Part shown: in pieces, positions 25,201 to 38,086 of the stretch
Position numbering within the stretch: the stretch's first letter is position 1
Layout: each line of letters begins with the position of its first letter
From: Bigelowiella natans CCMP2755
Taxonomy: Eukaryota > Protista > Cercozoa
Assembly: GCA_000320545.1 (NCBI GenBank)
Contig: ADNK01001185.1
Coordinates: 1 to 39,529 of the forward strand
DNA: 39,529 bases
Direction of reading: 5' to 3'
Program-made: the position numbers and the translations under genes
The notes under the pieces: generated by a model
Seen by the model: only the letters and a program-made list of their open reading frames with translations
Databases searched by the model: none
Told to the model about the DNA's origin: nothing

Positions 25201-28200
25201 GAGAAAGACACTAAAAACCTTGAAGCCAGTGTAGCTATGGTACTTTCGAATCGGTCTAGCACTATGAGCGGCAAGGGAGACGCAAATATTGTGCAATTTC
25301 TAGATGAAAAGAAAGCTATAGTAGTAAAAGGGATCAAGAACACAACGTCTCCACACAAAGCTCTTCGTTCACAAATTATTGAGTCTGGTGGGAAGTCATC
25401 CGTTGAGACACTCAAAACTCTAGATCAAATAAGAGACATTGGCCAAAAGGTCCTCACACAACACCTGAAGCAAACTATGTCTACCTTGAATGTTGTTGGC
25501 ATGAGCTCGAAGATCCTGGGATGCTGCAAATTGATGGCGTACGACGGACTAGCGGGTCCTAAAAATTCAAAGATGCCCCTTGGCATGAAAAATCAATGGA
25601 AGAGATTTGTAGCTGCTTTCCATTCGAAGGAATACATGGAGATGATTGACATCGCTAGTGATTTTCCTGAAAGATTCGTTCATAAAGAAGTCTACATGGG
25701 TTTGGGTTTCGCTCTAGAGCACATGTACGAGGATTGTAGCGATGCTCTTGCTGCATATTCGGAGCAAAAGATAAGTCAGGTGGATCCTATTTTCATCCTC
25801 GTTGCAGCTAAGATGATGCATCAGAAAGGACATTCAAGTGTAGCCCGGTCTCTCATTATTGCATACAATCAAATACATCAACCTGGATTTCAAAGTGAAG
25901 AAGATCTTGAAATTATTAGCTCTATTTCTAGTTCAAGCTTGTCATCACCTTCTGAAGAGGATGAAACTGCACTGGAGCTTCCATCAAAGGCAAGATCAGA
26001 CTGGGAGACCTTTAAGATGGAAGCCAAGGTTAAATCTGAAGCAATGGACAAATTGGTCCATTATGTGGGCCTTGAGCGCATCAAACAAGAAGCTTTGACG
26101 CTGTTGCGGGCGACACATTATGAGCAGAAATTGCCCGAAAGACAAAGGATTAGAGCTTCCACCAATTTCATCCTTTTAGGCAACCCGGGCACCGGAAAGT
26201 CGACCGTTGCAAAGTTCATTGGTAAGATGCTATTCGAGATCGGAGTGCGCAAAAAAGATGTCTTCAAAAGTATAAAAGGGAACAAGCTGAAAGAAATGAA
26301 CAAAAAGGAAACAGAAAAGTTTTTCGAAGAGGCTATGGGTGGTGTGGTCTTCATAGATGAGGTACCGCAGCTAGATCCAGTGAATTCACCAGGGGGGAAA
26401 GCTGTGCTTGATGTATTGCTGGAAATTACCGAGGATAAACGCGACGAAATTTCAGTCATCATTGCTGGATACGAGGATGAAGTAGAAAACAAAATACTCA
26501 ACTATGATGCAGGGCTAAGAAGTAGATTCAAGTACCATTGGAAATTTGACGACTACAATGAGAAAGAGCTGCGTTGCATATTTATGATGAAAGTCCGGGG
26601 GCAGGGCTGGAGTATCTCACACGACGATGTTTCTTTAATAGCTTCACGGCGTCTCGCAGCTGGTAGAGGAAGGAAAGGTTTTGGTAATGCTCGAGACGCC
26701 AGAAATCTCTTTGAAAAAGCTGCAAATAGATCAACAGTTCGCACAATGGGCGGTGGCACTGAACTCAAGAAAGAAGACATTTTGGGTCAGCGCCCTGATC
26801 CATACAAAAATCCTCTAAAATCTGCTCTTGCTGAGCTCGAGGTTTTGATTGGCCTGAAATCAGTTAAGAATGCTGTGAGAGAGTTGGTGGAACTCGTGCA
26901 GCAAAATTGGGACAGAGAGATGAATGCACAGAAAGCGCTGAAGGTTCCGCTAAATCGCCTCTTCATAGGAAATCCCGGAACAGGGAAGACAACAGTAGCG
27001 GAAATTTGGGGAAGAATTCTGAAGAGCTGCAATCTGCTCTCCAACGGGGAATCTATCCGGAAGACTCCAAGCGATCTTACAGGCGCAGCGCAAGGGGAGG
27101 CGGCAAAGAAAACCGCCGAGGTGCTTGATGCAGCTAAAGGAAAAGTGCTTATCCTTGATGAAGCTCATAATTTAGACGATGATTCGTATGGTCGTGACGT
27201 TTTGAAAACCATAGTCTCAAAGTCAGATAACAAGGCTGGAGCAGATATCGCTGTGGTCATGTGTGGGTATGAGAGGCCGATGCTACAAATGCTACAGAAC
27301 CAGGATCCAGGACTAAAAGATCGTTTTAATCCTGATAATGCATTTCGTTTCGAAGACTTCTCTAGAGGTGAACTTCTAGAAATACTGAAAATGAAATGCA
27401 AGAAGGATGGTTTAATTGTCAAATGGGCTGCTCTTAAATTTGCACGGGACATTCTCGCGCAGCAAAAACTAATGCCAAAGTTTTCGAATGGTCGAGCTGT
27501 AGAAAATCTGCTTGGTCGAGCAAAGCTCAGGCTTTCTAGACGGTGGACAAGCACACTTTCTGCGGAGGATTTTGAACCCGAAAATTATAAAGAAATGATG
27601 AAGGATCCCTTGCTGCCTCTTAGAAAAATGCACAAAACTGAAGCAATACTGGAAAAGTTGGAGAGGCTACTCGTAATTATGAAGAAGGCCAAAGAAAACG
27701 GATCTGCGAATCTGATAAAGTCAAAACTGATGAAGCAGATGTGCTACATATTCTCCGGGTCACCAGGAACAGGGAAGACCACAGTAGCAGGAATGTTCGG
27801 AGAGGTGTTTGCTAGAATTGGACTGCTCTCGTCATCAAAGGTGGTGCAAACATCAGGGTTGAAACTCCAAGGTCAGCACGTTGGTCATACGAAGAATATA
27901 GTAAAGAAAGTACTCGAGGAAGCGCACGGAGGTGTTCTTTTTATTGACGAAGCCTACGAACTCGGTAGAAAGAGCTCTTACGCTCAAGAGGCTGTTTCAA
28001 CTCTGGTTGATGAGATGACCCAGAAGGAGAATGAGGGCAAAATGATGATTATCGTTGCAGGATACAAACATGAGATGGAGGAATTGATGCGGACCGTAAA
28101 CCAAGGATTTAGCCAACGCTTCAAATCTACCATCGAATTTCCGGATTGGGAACCAGAAGATTGCCAAGAATTTGTTATTCAGAAAGCAGAGCAGGATGGA

Positions 28201-29034
28201 TTCATCCTGCCATCTTCGGTTCGTCGGAATCTTCATAAAAAATTTCGTGCAATCTACACTCGAAATCCAAGACTTTGGGCCAATGCTAGGACAGCTACTC
28301 AGATATTTGAAAATGCTTCCCTCAACTCGGTTTACAGAGGGGACTCAAAGCGCGAACTTACACTCGCTGACTTTTCTCATGCATTTACAGAAATGAAGAA
28401 AATTGTTCCAGTAGATGGTGACAGTAAGATTAGGAGCCTAGAATTAGGCAAGATTCAAGAAGAGAGTGATGATGATGATGATGACGATGATGATGATGGC
28501 CCTCCCCTCCTACGACAAACCCAAAGCGTACCTATCAGATTCAATCAAAAATTTTCCATTCCTATCGGGAACAAGCGTGTGTACATCGAAGATTTGGCAA
28601 ACGGAAATATTGGCATGACGGGCGGGATTAAAAAAAAAAATGGAGAGTCGCTGGAAAATAACGGTGATAAAGAGAGCTTTGGGAGGGAACTGCAATCACA
28701 TTCGGAAGAAAAAAAGGTGAACATAGTGGTGAAGACCAACTTCAACCGCAACTCTGAGGATCACAAAGAGAGCACACAAGCCAATGCAAGCGTAAACGAA
28801 AAGCACATCTGTCTCAAGATGTCACCTGCACTAAAACGGTTTTTGGAGGCCAAACACAAGAAGATGCTAAAAGATCAAGAACTGAAGGACGAGTATGAGG
28901 CAGTTCTCAAATTGGGAGAATGTGAAGCGGGGTTCGGATACACTAAAGTTGAAGGGGGGTGGCGTTGCAATGCCGGTGGGCCGGGACAGGGGTCGCATTT
29001 TGTCGACGATGACTCTGTGCAAGCCATGCTGTGA
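22290..29034 (+). CDS. Giant multidomain protein (~2114 aa) with three tandem CbbX/CfxQ/SpoVK-type AAA+ ATPase modules
   Basis: Exons 22290-22322, 22401-22454, 22533-22588, 22650-22722 and 22906-29034, all GT-AG and in frame (6345 nt). Walker A: GNPGTGKS, GNPGTGKT, GSPGTGKT. Walker B: VFIDE, LILDEA, LFIDEAY. Family motifs: IIAGY/VMCGY/IVAGY, GLRSRF/GLKDRF/GFSQRF, FGNAR/FSNGR/WANAR. The N-terminal half has chromo-barrel/Tudor-like, zinc-finger, tandem Tudor, EF-hand-like and WWE-like segments. Confidence 0.93.
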
Positions 29035-29219
29035 TCGAAGTGTTGTGCATACTGCTTCCGTGCGATCATTGGGGTTCACACATCATTCATTTCACATCGA
29101 GTTGGAATGAAAGTTACGGTCTTAGAGCAATCTACTGCTATTTTGCTCGACCATTTGCTCAGAAATTGTCCCAAAAATTACAAAGAGTGATCATGATATC
29201 AATCATCCCCAAAAGTTGC

Positions 29220-29268
29220 ACAACGGACACAGCAATGTTGCACATGTGTGCATGTGTCTCACGGTATG

Positions 29269-29300
<32 letters not shown>

Positions 29301-30190
29301 TAGCATGTGCGCACACACACAAGTAATGCATGCTAGCATCACGCATTGCACATGCGCAGAAACATGTGAGACGGATGTCATAGTTACATTAATTTTTTAG
29401 CCATGCTAGCATGCATCGCAACGGCTATTGAACAAAGCGCTCACATTCTAGCATTGTGCCTGTTCGATTGTGGACAACACGCGATGTGATGCATGTGGCA
29501 TGTGCATTGCACTATTGCATTAACTGTGCCACTTGTTTGGCGTAACTTTCTATTGTAACTTACTTCCTGCATGCATGTCTAGATCGATTTAAAATCATCT
29601 TCTCTGTTTTGCAGTTTTGCGGCACATCATGCAGCACGCGTACGCAGTGGCGCGGCCTTCTCTTTTAATTAGCTTTACTAGCTTGGTCAAGCGTTTAGTT
29701 AGTTAGCGTACGTCGTCCATAAGCTGACACAAAAGAATAGTGAATGTGCATTGATGTGGATGAATGAATCTTCCATTCGTCCTAGCGTCTCTAGGTCTCT
29801 CACAAACTACAACAATAGAATAGGCACAGTACACGTAATCCTATATGCATAGCAACACAGTGCACACATATACTCAGATATAGCATGGCATGATGCAAGT
29901 GTGTATTGTTGCATGCAGGACCGCTAGAGCGGTTAGCTATGCTAGATAAGAGTGTAGCCTATAGAGCACACGGCATCTATGTCTATGAACATGTGTGGCT
30001 TGCAGATGCATCGCATGATCGCGGTCATGCGTTGCATGTATTTCCCACTACGTACGATGCATGTGCGGTTGTGCGTATAGATACGCACATCTTTGATCAG
30101 TGCACTGTACCAGTGTTGCATCCATGCTAAATATAGTGCATGTGATAATGGCACACCTCAGATCTAGACATCGCATCGGTGCATGATCGA
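29220..30190. other. TGCA/CATG/CTAG-rich intergenic tract with partial TpA loss
   Basis: Dense alternating purine-pyrimidine words (tgcatg, cacatg, gctagc). TpA is reduced in patches but not absent. No coding signal. Confidence 0.55.
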
Positions 30191-30262
30191 ATCAATGACT
30201 ATTATCTTTCCGTCCGCCATCAAGTAGTACATACGTGTTTACCCGTGGTTGTGAAAGCTCTA

Positions 30263-30377
30263 CTAGCCAAAAAGTGTAGAGAACACTTTTTCAGAGGGCG
30301 TGCTTGCCATATCATCCTCAATGATTTCAATCACCTGAGAAGGGGATCGATTTACGCATTTTCATACACACACACAT

Positions 30378-30416
<39 letters not shown>

Positions 30417-31086
30417 CAACCTGCATAAATGCATGCGTGCTGCAGTGTATGAGTTTGTGTGCGTGTATGCGTGCGCATGTCAAAGAGAAACGACAATGAC
30501 AAAACTATTTTTCCAGGTAAGATTTGAGTCCGATAATCAGGTGATTGCAATAACTAGCACGAGACCCATTATCATTCCCTGACTTATTAACCTTCCTTGG
30601 AATAAACCAAGTCGAAAAATACTGACAAATAATCTAGCCGCAGAACGTCGCTGGACAAAATCAATGGAGGTTTCGTTCTGAATCTCGGGCCGACCCTACA
30701 CACCTTCCGAACACCGGACATGTATATTATTGCATCGTCTGTACCTTATTGGAAGCTGCTGGATCGAACGCAGCCTCTACCATCACCTGAGAAAGAAACG
30801 AAGGCAGGTAAAGCTATGTAATAATGCTGGTGAGCGAATTTTGAGGCTTATCATGATTCTTGGTCATGACGAGGACACCAAAAACAAAACTGTCCATAAA
30901 TCCACAGTTTGACCACAGATACAAAAGTTACAAATCTTAAAGAATGCGTCAGGAAAACCGGAAAAACAATATGGTTGTTCTGCACACACCCCTGCGCTGT
31001 TGATGTATACTTGGTACTCTAGTCATGTTTTTATGTCGTTCCATAGTAGCATTGCGTGTAGGAAGTGTGTGTGTATGTGTGTATGT

Positions 31087-31127
<41 letters not shown>

Positions 31128-31143
31128 GTTTGGTGTGTAGGAA

Positions 31144-31191
<48 letters not shown>

Positions 31192-31389
31192 GAGAGAAGG
31201 AAATAGAAATAGAGCATGCTGTGTCTTCTACTTCTGCTACTCTATCCCTAGAGATTTCCCCTGTAAACGTTTTATCCTTCTACAGTTGCTACGACGCCGC
31301 CAGTAGGGGCCGAATCCTTTAGTCCTCCTACATTGATAATGGGAACTCATCCCATAATATAGCATATAAATTATATATAGCTCCCCCCT

Positions 31390-31422
<33 letters not shown>

Positions 31423-32108
31423 CACCCTCCCCCCCCCCCCCCTCTCTCGGCAGGGCACTGCTCTTCGTGCGTGGCATAGGAGAAACCTGGGCGGACAATA
31501 GTGTAGTCAAGCCCTGAAGCCCGCAGGTACTTCTCAGCTACCAGCTTCTCATCCAGCACCCCTCCAAAGGCGTTGGTGATGACGAACCCTGCACACGGCG
31601 CATGCGACGCATATGCATCAACGTTGGACGCCACCAGGACCGCAGTAGGCAAAGTGTGTTAGGTGAAGAGAGAGAGCGAGATCACACGCTTGTGGGCATT
31701 ATTTGGCGTTGTTAGCAGCCTAACCTGGATTCGTCTCCTGGCCGATTGCCCGACCGTTAGTTAATATAGAGGAAATCAAGACGAACTTGGACACTCCTAA
31801 AGGAGGAAGAAGATTATCTCCCTTTCAACGAAGAGGGAGGCTATCGACGTAGGAACATGGGCCTGTGGCCAGGATAGAGAATAGAGAAGAGGAGGTAAAT
31901 CGCGTGGTTAAATAGAAAAACCTGCTTCTTTCGCGGCATCAATTAGCCGAATTGTTCCTTGATAAGGCACACAAACTCAACTCGCAAGGAAGACTTCTTT
32001 ATTGGGCCAAAATATAAATGATGGGCGTCCCCAGCATATTACCACACATTATCAATGAATCGTGAAATGTGGGGTTTTTTATCAGTATTTCTTTCGATTA
32101 TCTCCGCA

Positions 32109-32139
<31 letters not shown>

Positions 32140-33534
32140 CACCTTCATTATCGACTTGGTGGGCAGCTTTCTTCATCGCTAGGGGGTTTGAGGGAACGAA
32201 GCCGGTGACCTACGACGAACAGTGTCGATAGTAGTAAAACGGATGATGATTGATGACTATCGTTATCAGCATTAGCGAGCAGAATGAATGCCAATAGAAT
32301 AAAATCCGGGTGAAGAGAGAGAAATTATTGAAGTCCTTGGAAATATCTCTTTCAGATATCCACAAGGACTTGGCGGCATTTTGGTCGGAGCAATGATAAC
32401 TGCAGCAAGGGAGATACAAATATCCATCAATATTCTCAGTCCTCCCCGACATTCATTAGAAAAGTCTTATTCCGTAGAACCCTGGTTGCAAAGAAATGGG
32501 TCTTGCTCTCTCTCGCTCCCTCTCTCTCTCTCTCTCTCTCTCCCTCCTCTTGCAGGGAAATATCATATTTTCCTTCCTCCTCCTCCTCTTACTCCTCCTC
32601 TCCACAGAACTTACACAGACGACTGTATCAGCGCCAGATATAGCCTAAGTTGTCCAGTTTCACCACACACACACAAACACACACACACACACACGCACGC
32701 ACATGCACACGCACAAGTTAGTAACAAAGGATCGATTCGTCTGAAAAAGACAAACAGCAAGCTCCGCACTTGTGTGCAGAGCGCTTTCCCCAATTTAATC
32801 CCCCACCCCCTTCAAAAGGTAGGTACGTACCTCGACAATCTTTTCCTTAGACATGAGAACATCAAACTTGCGAACAGTCACTCCCTCCAAGTTACTTAGA
32901 CCTGAAATTATATAGTGATGGGAGCAAAGGGTTATGTAGTTTCATATCCCCGCGAAATCCTCGATGAGTTCCTACAGCATGGCTGAGGCTATCACCACGT
33001 GTCACCAAAAATACGGTCGTAAGGCATCATTTTGGCCAGTCCACAGGGCATCCTCTTCTTTGCATCATTTAGGTATTTGCCATATAATCACATATACATG
33101 ATTTCTTAAAACCCCACGCTCACACATACCCTGCTTTTCTGCCTTCTCAATGCTTCGAGCGCCAGCAATCACGGGTATTGACGGATATCTGGTGAGAAAC
33201 AGAACATGATCGTTAGAGTTCGTCTCCACTCTTCTCTTGGAAGTTTCTGGTACAGGTTTATGTTTGTGTGGTAGACCGTCGATGCAGATATTCGACTGTC
33301 CGCCTCCCCGTGTTTCCTGTAGCTCCTGATATTTCAAAGTGAAAATCGTTTTCGCATCGAAAGCATGATCTGGGCACGAGTAGATGTAGCGGTAGCTATC
33401 AGCAGCTTTGCACCAACCTACCTGCGATGAAGACATTTTTGGGAGCCCTGGCTAATGGCGATATGATGCTCTGTGCAGAGATCTCGTCGGCAAATGAACC
33501 TTGATGTCACAGAGCGAGAGGATGATTATGATTG

Positions 33535-33569
<35 letters not shown>

Positions 33570-34233
33570 GGAGGATGATGCGACACTCACGGCAAACTCC
33601 GATGACATGACACAACATATAGAGGAGGAATTTATCTTGTGGCTAGACTTACGGTCGAGCTGAGAGAGGGAGAGAGCTGCAAGACCCAGCATCGGAGGAA
33701 CCGAACGACGCCTGATCATCATTGGGAATATATCGTCCATACTCTATTTGCTTCAAACAAGGAAACTATAGCCGTCCTACCTTATTGCATCGCATGAAGA
33801 ACTCGTATGAGCTTGGTAGGAAGCAGTCCTTTTGTGATTATTCGCAGTATGTAAGTAAGACACTTTCAAACTGCGAACGATTGAAGCACGCGCGTGCTGG
33901 GGTTAGCGTCACGTGAGCAAGGGGAGGGGGGGGGGTGAAGGTAAGGGCAAGGCGGATTCCTCAGATCGTCGTAGTCTCTATTAATGCTTTTTCGTCGTCA
34001 TGACAATTATCAGCAATTTCAAATCATCAATGGATGCCCTTAAGTATTCCGCTCTCTTCGCGTTTTTTAATGCATTTTGGGGATGGATGGCTCAACCTTC
34101 GTACTGTCGGTGAACCAAGATGCTGCCGACCGATGTTGCTCACCCCCACAAACAACAGAAGAACACAGCATAGCGCCAGAATCGCTGCAATGTTTTTCGC
34201 AGACACAAGTCGATGGCGCTGTCCAAAGGGCAT
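30263..34233 (-). CDS. Plastid-type NAD(P)-binding Rossmann-fold protein (atypical SDR, Tic62-NAD/At2g34460-like), multi-exon
   Basis: Spliced motifs: PKNVFIAG|ATGNTGRRTV, VIAGARSIEKA, TGFVPSNPLAMKKAAHQVDNEG, KFVLISSILTNGRAIGQETNPG, FVITNAFGGVLDEKLVAEKYLRASGLDYTIVRPG|GLKD, GEISRDRVAE|VMVEAAFDPAASNK|VIEIIE..LFG* (TAG 30265-30263). Signal peptide IAAILALCCVLLLFVGV follows ATG 34233; its junction to the rest is not fully resolved. One apparent +1 indel at 31276-31277. Confidence 0.85.
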
Positions 34234-34892
34234 GGTTGTGTGTGTGTGGTTAAGAACGCAGCTTTGTGTGGTGGTGCTCTTCTCCCTCAGCGGATGGTTG
34301 GTCATTAAAATGTGCTGGAAACATCTAAAATCATCTACTTTGACTATATGCCCTTTCGTACAGTCGGCTCTTTGCAGCATGTAGGTTTTTTTGGGCTATA
34401 AAAGACACGAAAAACATTCAAAAAGTATTGGTACAATATTTGATAAAGATTGGGCAATTAATTACGCATAAAACATCTAGGATTCCATTCCCCAATCCGT
34501 TTTCGACGACTTCTCATGCATAGGGCAGTTGTGGTGGGGTACTCTCCTTAATGCGACCACACTAAATACAAGCTATTTCCCCTACTTTTTATATAGAAGA
34601 AAAGTATGCCATTTTACCCGTGCGACAAGGACATCTATTGGAGTTTCCTAGAAGTCTTCATCCGAGTCGAAAAAGAGGGGTATTGGAAGCATGTTTCCGA
34701 TCCGTACTTCAGGCACAAAATCCCGAGATAATATCGGAAGATACTGCCAAAATCCACTCCATTTTACACAAAATACACGCAGAAATACTTGTCGCTTGCT
34801 ATGATCGACGACTGCAACACAAAAAATCAACCCGCGCTACCGGAAGAATAAAACAGCCCTCCCCCAAAATAATAAACTCTTCGCTTGTTATC
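34234..34892. promoter_or_regulatory. Putative bidirectional promoter region
   Basis: About 660 nt between divergent start codons (34233 minus, 34893 plus). Inferred from geometry only; no specific motif identified. Confidence 0.4.
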
Positions 34893-35705
34893 ATGGCTTC
34901 AAGGCCTCGCCGCTGCATTGGCATCGTTCGTGAGACATACAACGCATGGGAACGTCGATCACCACTGACACCTAACCATGTGAGAGGCCTCGTCAAATCT
35001 GGTACTGATTAACAGAACTCATCATTGCTTCCGAATTTCGGGCGATGGGTTACGGAAGATCGTAAATGCGAGCTGCTTTTATGGTGGCAAATTTTCACTA
35101 ATCTGGAGAAACGATGCCACTTTGGCTTTCAGGTGTTCGAGTGCTAGTCGAGCCCAGCTTCCATCGCGTCTTTACCGACAACGAGTAATTAATCTACGCG
35201 TTGCTGATACGACCTAGATGATTACCAAGTTATAAACACCAATTTGGAAGAATGGCACGGATAGAAACTATAACTCGCCAAATCGACGTGAACCCACTAA
35301 TCAGCCACAACGCAACTTCTCTTCTCATGTATTAGGTATGCAGCTGTGGGAGCTGAGATTACGCACGACCTGGCCGAGGCTTCGGTCATTTTTGGGGTGA
35401 AACAAATACCTGAAGAGAGACTCATGAAAGATAAAACCTATCTATTCTTCTCGCACACGATCAAGGTAGCATCTAGCGAACACAGAGTTGGGACCATCGC
35501 ATTGCCATCCTTCATGCCTTGCGTGCTACGATGTTTAACAAGTATCCTCTCAGTTGTCGTTGGTTGCTGTGATGTTCCTCAACCTGCAATCCCTATCAGG
35601 GCCAGAAGGAAAACATGAAGTTGCTGGACAGGGCCTTGGAGTTGGGAATTCGACTCATCGACTATGGTACAACAGCGTTATAGGATATTGTTGGAGCAGT
35701 AGTTA

Positions 35706-35737
<32 letters not shown>

Positions 35738-36419
35738 AGTTCTTCAAATATTAACGATGTTAGTAATGATGATGTTGTTGCTTATGATGATTGTGAGAGA
35801 GTAGGTATTGATAATAGTGGCCATAGAACTGATAACTAGCGACGAAAACGGGGATGAACATGATTTTGTACAAAGGAACAATGCTCGATTAGTCGCTATT
35901 CTACTACAAGCAGCAGCTTAGTATTTATAGAACTCTCTTTTTAACCAAAGAATGCATCACTGAGGGGGGGATGAAAGGCGGGCGGAGGCTCGTCGCATTT
36001 GGGAGTTTTGCTGGCAGAGCCGGAATGGTAATACCACGCAAACATATGTTAATGCAACGGCAACAACGCCAACGCGGCTGTAGCATGAGTATCGACAGGA
36101 AACGTGATTTTTTTAAAGGTCGAATTTAATCCACTGTTCTTCTTCTTCTTCTTCTTCTTCTTCTCTTTTCTTCTTCTTCTTCTTCTTCCCCATCACTGCC
36201 TCAGGTAAATTGCTTTCGCGGCTTAGGGGAGAGATTGCTGGGACTTGGCTACTCAACTCCGTTCTTGAACGTGGGGTCAGCCTACATGTACCCGGATCTT
36301 GATAAGGCCAAACGGGCTGTAAAAAGACTGGGAGAATCTATTAAGGTTGTCCTGCCCTGCTGCTGGTGCTGCTGCTACTGGTGATGGTGGTAATAATGAC
36401 TCTTGGCAGTGAGGTTCAA

Positions 36420-36459
<40 letters not shown>

Positions 36460-36951
36460 TAAACACACAAACACACACACACACATACCCAATACTGCAG
36501 TCCTACCGACTCTTCGTCGCTGCCGCGTATTATTAGCGCTAACGTAGTAAAAGATGCATGCAGGAAGAGCATTCGCAATTGATCATGGACACATATATAA
36601 ACGAGAGTACGCGTGTGTGTTGTGTGCGTGTGTTTATGCTGTGTAGATCGATGGCCTCCCGCCCCAGCTTGCTCCTCTCGTCTTTGTGTTTACTGGTCGT
36701 ATAATAATCATGCTGATGCAAATGATCCTTTCTTTCGTGAGGCAACGACAAACATCACCCCCCCCCCCCCCCCCCCCCCCCCCTCACATACAAGATATTT
36801 GAATGACTTTCTGGATTTTTTTTTACAAGGCACTGGGAATGTGAGCAAGGGGGCGAGGGAGGTATTCGAGCTGCTTCCTCACAAGTAAGATTAAGGATTT
36901 TTCCATGCAAAAAAGAGACACTGCTGCTTAAATGATCAAAAGAAGCAGTCA

Positions 36952-36995
<44 letters not shown>

Positions 36996-38042
36996 ATCTC
37001 TTTCTCTCTCCATCTCTAGCGACTTTTTCATCGTCCGTAGCAAAACAAAAAATAAGAGACACGACAGGAAGCTAGATAGCAGGTTTCGAGAAACAAAAAT
37101 CGAGATATTCTTCTATCTGGCCAGAATGGTGGACCCCTCCGTCCTTCCCCTCCTATTCGGAGCTGCCGATGGGAAAGGGTGTGCCGCAGGGGGGAGTGTG
37201 GAGAGCTGCACAAAGCGCGCAAAATACATAGAAGGCTTAGAAGACTGCGACTTCTCAAGAGAGGTTGATTCACCTTATACTTTCTCAAAAAATACAGTAA
37301 AAAGATCGATTTTAAGTATTTCTCCCTACCCCCCCCCTTACCTCCCTCCCTCTCACACTTGATATCTTTGAAGGTGATTGGAACCGTGGTGAAGGCAGAG
37401 CATATGGTGTTCCCCTCACCCGCCATGCGAGAAATAACAAGAACATGGAGAGTCAATACACAAAGCACCCTGGTTTTCTTTTACATCTTGAGAACGAATA
37501 GATCGTGGATGTAAAGACATAACCCTCCCCATCCCCCCCCCCCTGCCCCCCCATCCCATACCCCGCACACACCAACATATCTTTCAAATGTAATTCACTT
37601 CTTCAGGTGGAACTCAAATCTGGTCTGTCTCGTTCAAGTAGTAGCGGCGATTTCAAGAACAAATCAGTGGAGTTTGACCGCGAAAGATACCAACGGTCGC
37701 CTGGAGACTTCGATCCAACATTTCACCGCGACATTGCCCCCTACGCATCTGTCATTGTAAGTTGAAACTGGCCGCACTATCAGAATGATGACAGATTTCA
37801 TAATTGATGAGGATATGCCTACACACATACACACACACAAGCGAGCACATCGCAAGGAGGATGCTGATGCAAGAAATACTCTTGCGAGCGTTGTTGTTGT
37901 TGATGATGATGCTGCTGTTGTTATTGCTGTTATCATGAAATGCAGGCAGCACACCACAAACATCCTCCAGCCACTCTTCATAATAAGAAAGACCGAATAT
38001 CTATACGCGGATATATGTGCATAAAAGCATTTTAATAATATC

Positions 38043-38086
<44 letters not shown>

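Noticed and set aside
26040-28400. Calling the AAA gene cbbX (red-type Rubisco activase)
   Set aside because: CbbX is a single-module ~300-aa protein. This has three modules, a long multidomain N-terminus and no plastid leader.
31277-31295. 19-nt GT..AG micro-intron (nucleomorph-sized) that would fix the frameshift
   Set aside because: Splicing it would delete VVATVE, which aligns without gaps to the family pattern; a 1-nt indel is more parsimonious.
6100-36990. Sense-strand bias of (CT)n/(TG)n in introns
   Set aside because: A tendency exists, but with several counter-examples (9735, 19375, 31391, 32505); not supportable by eye.
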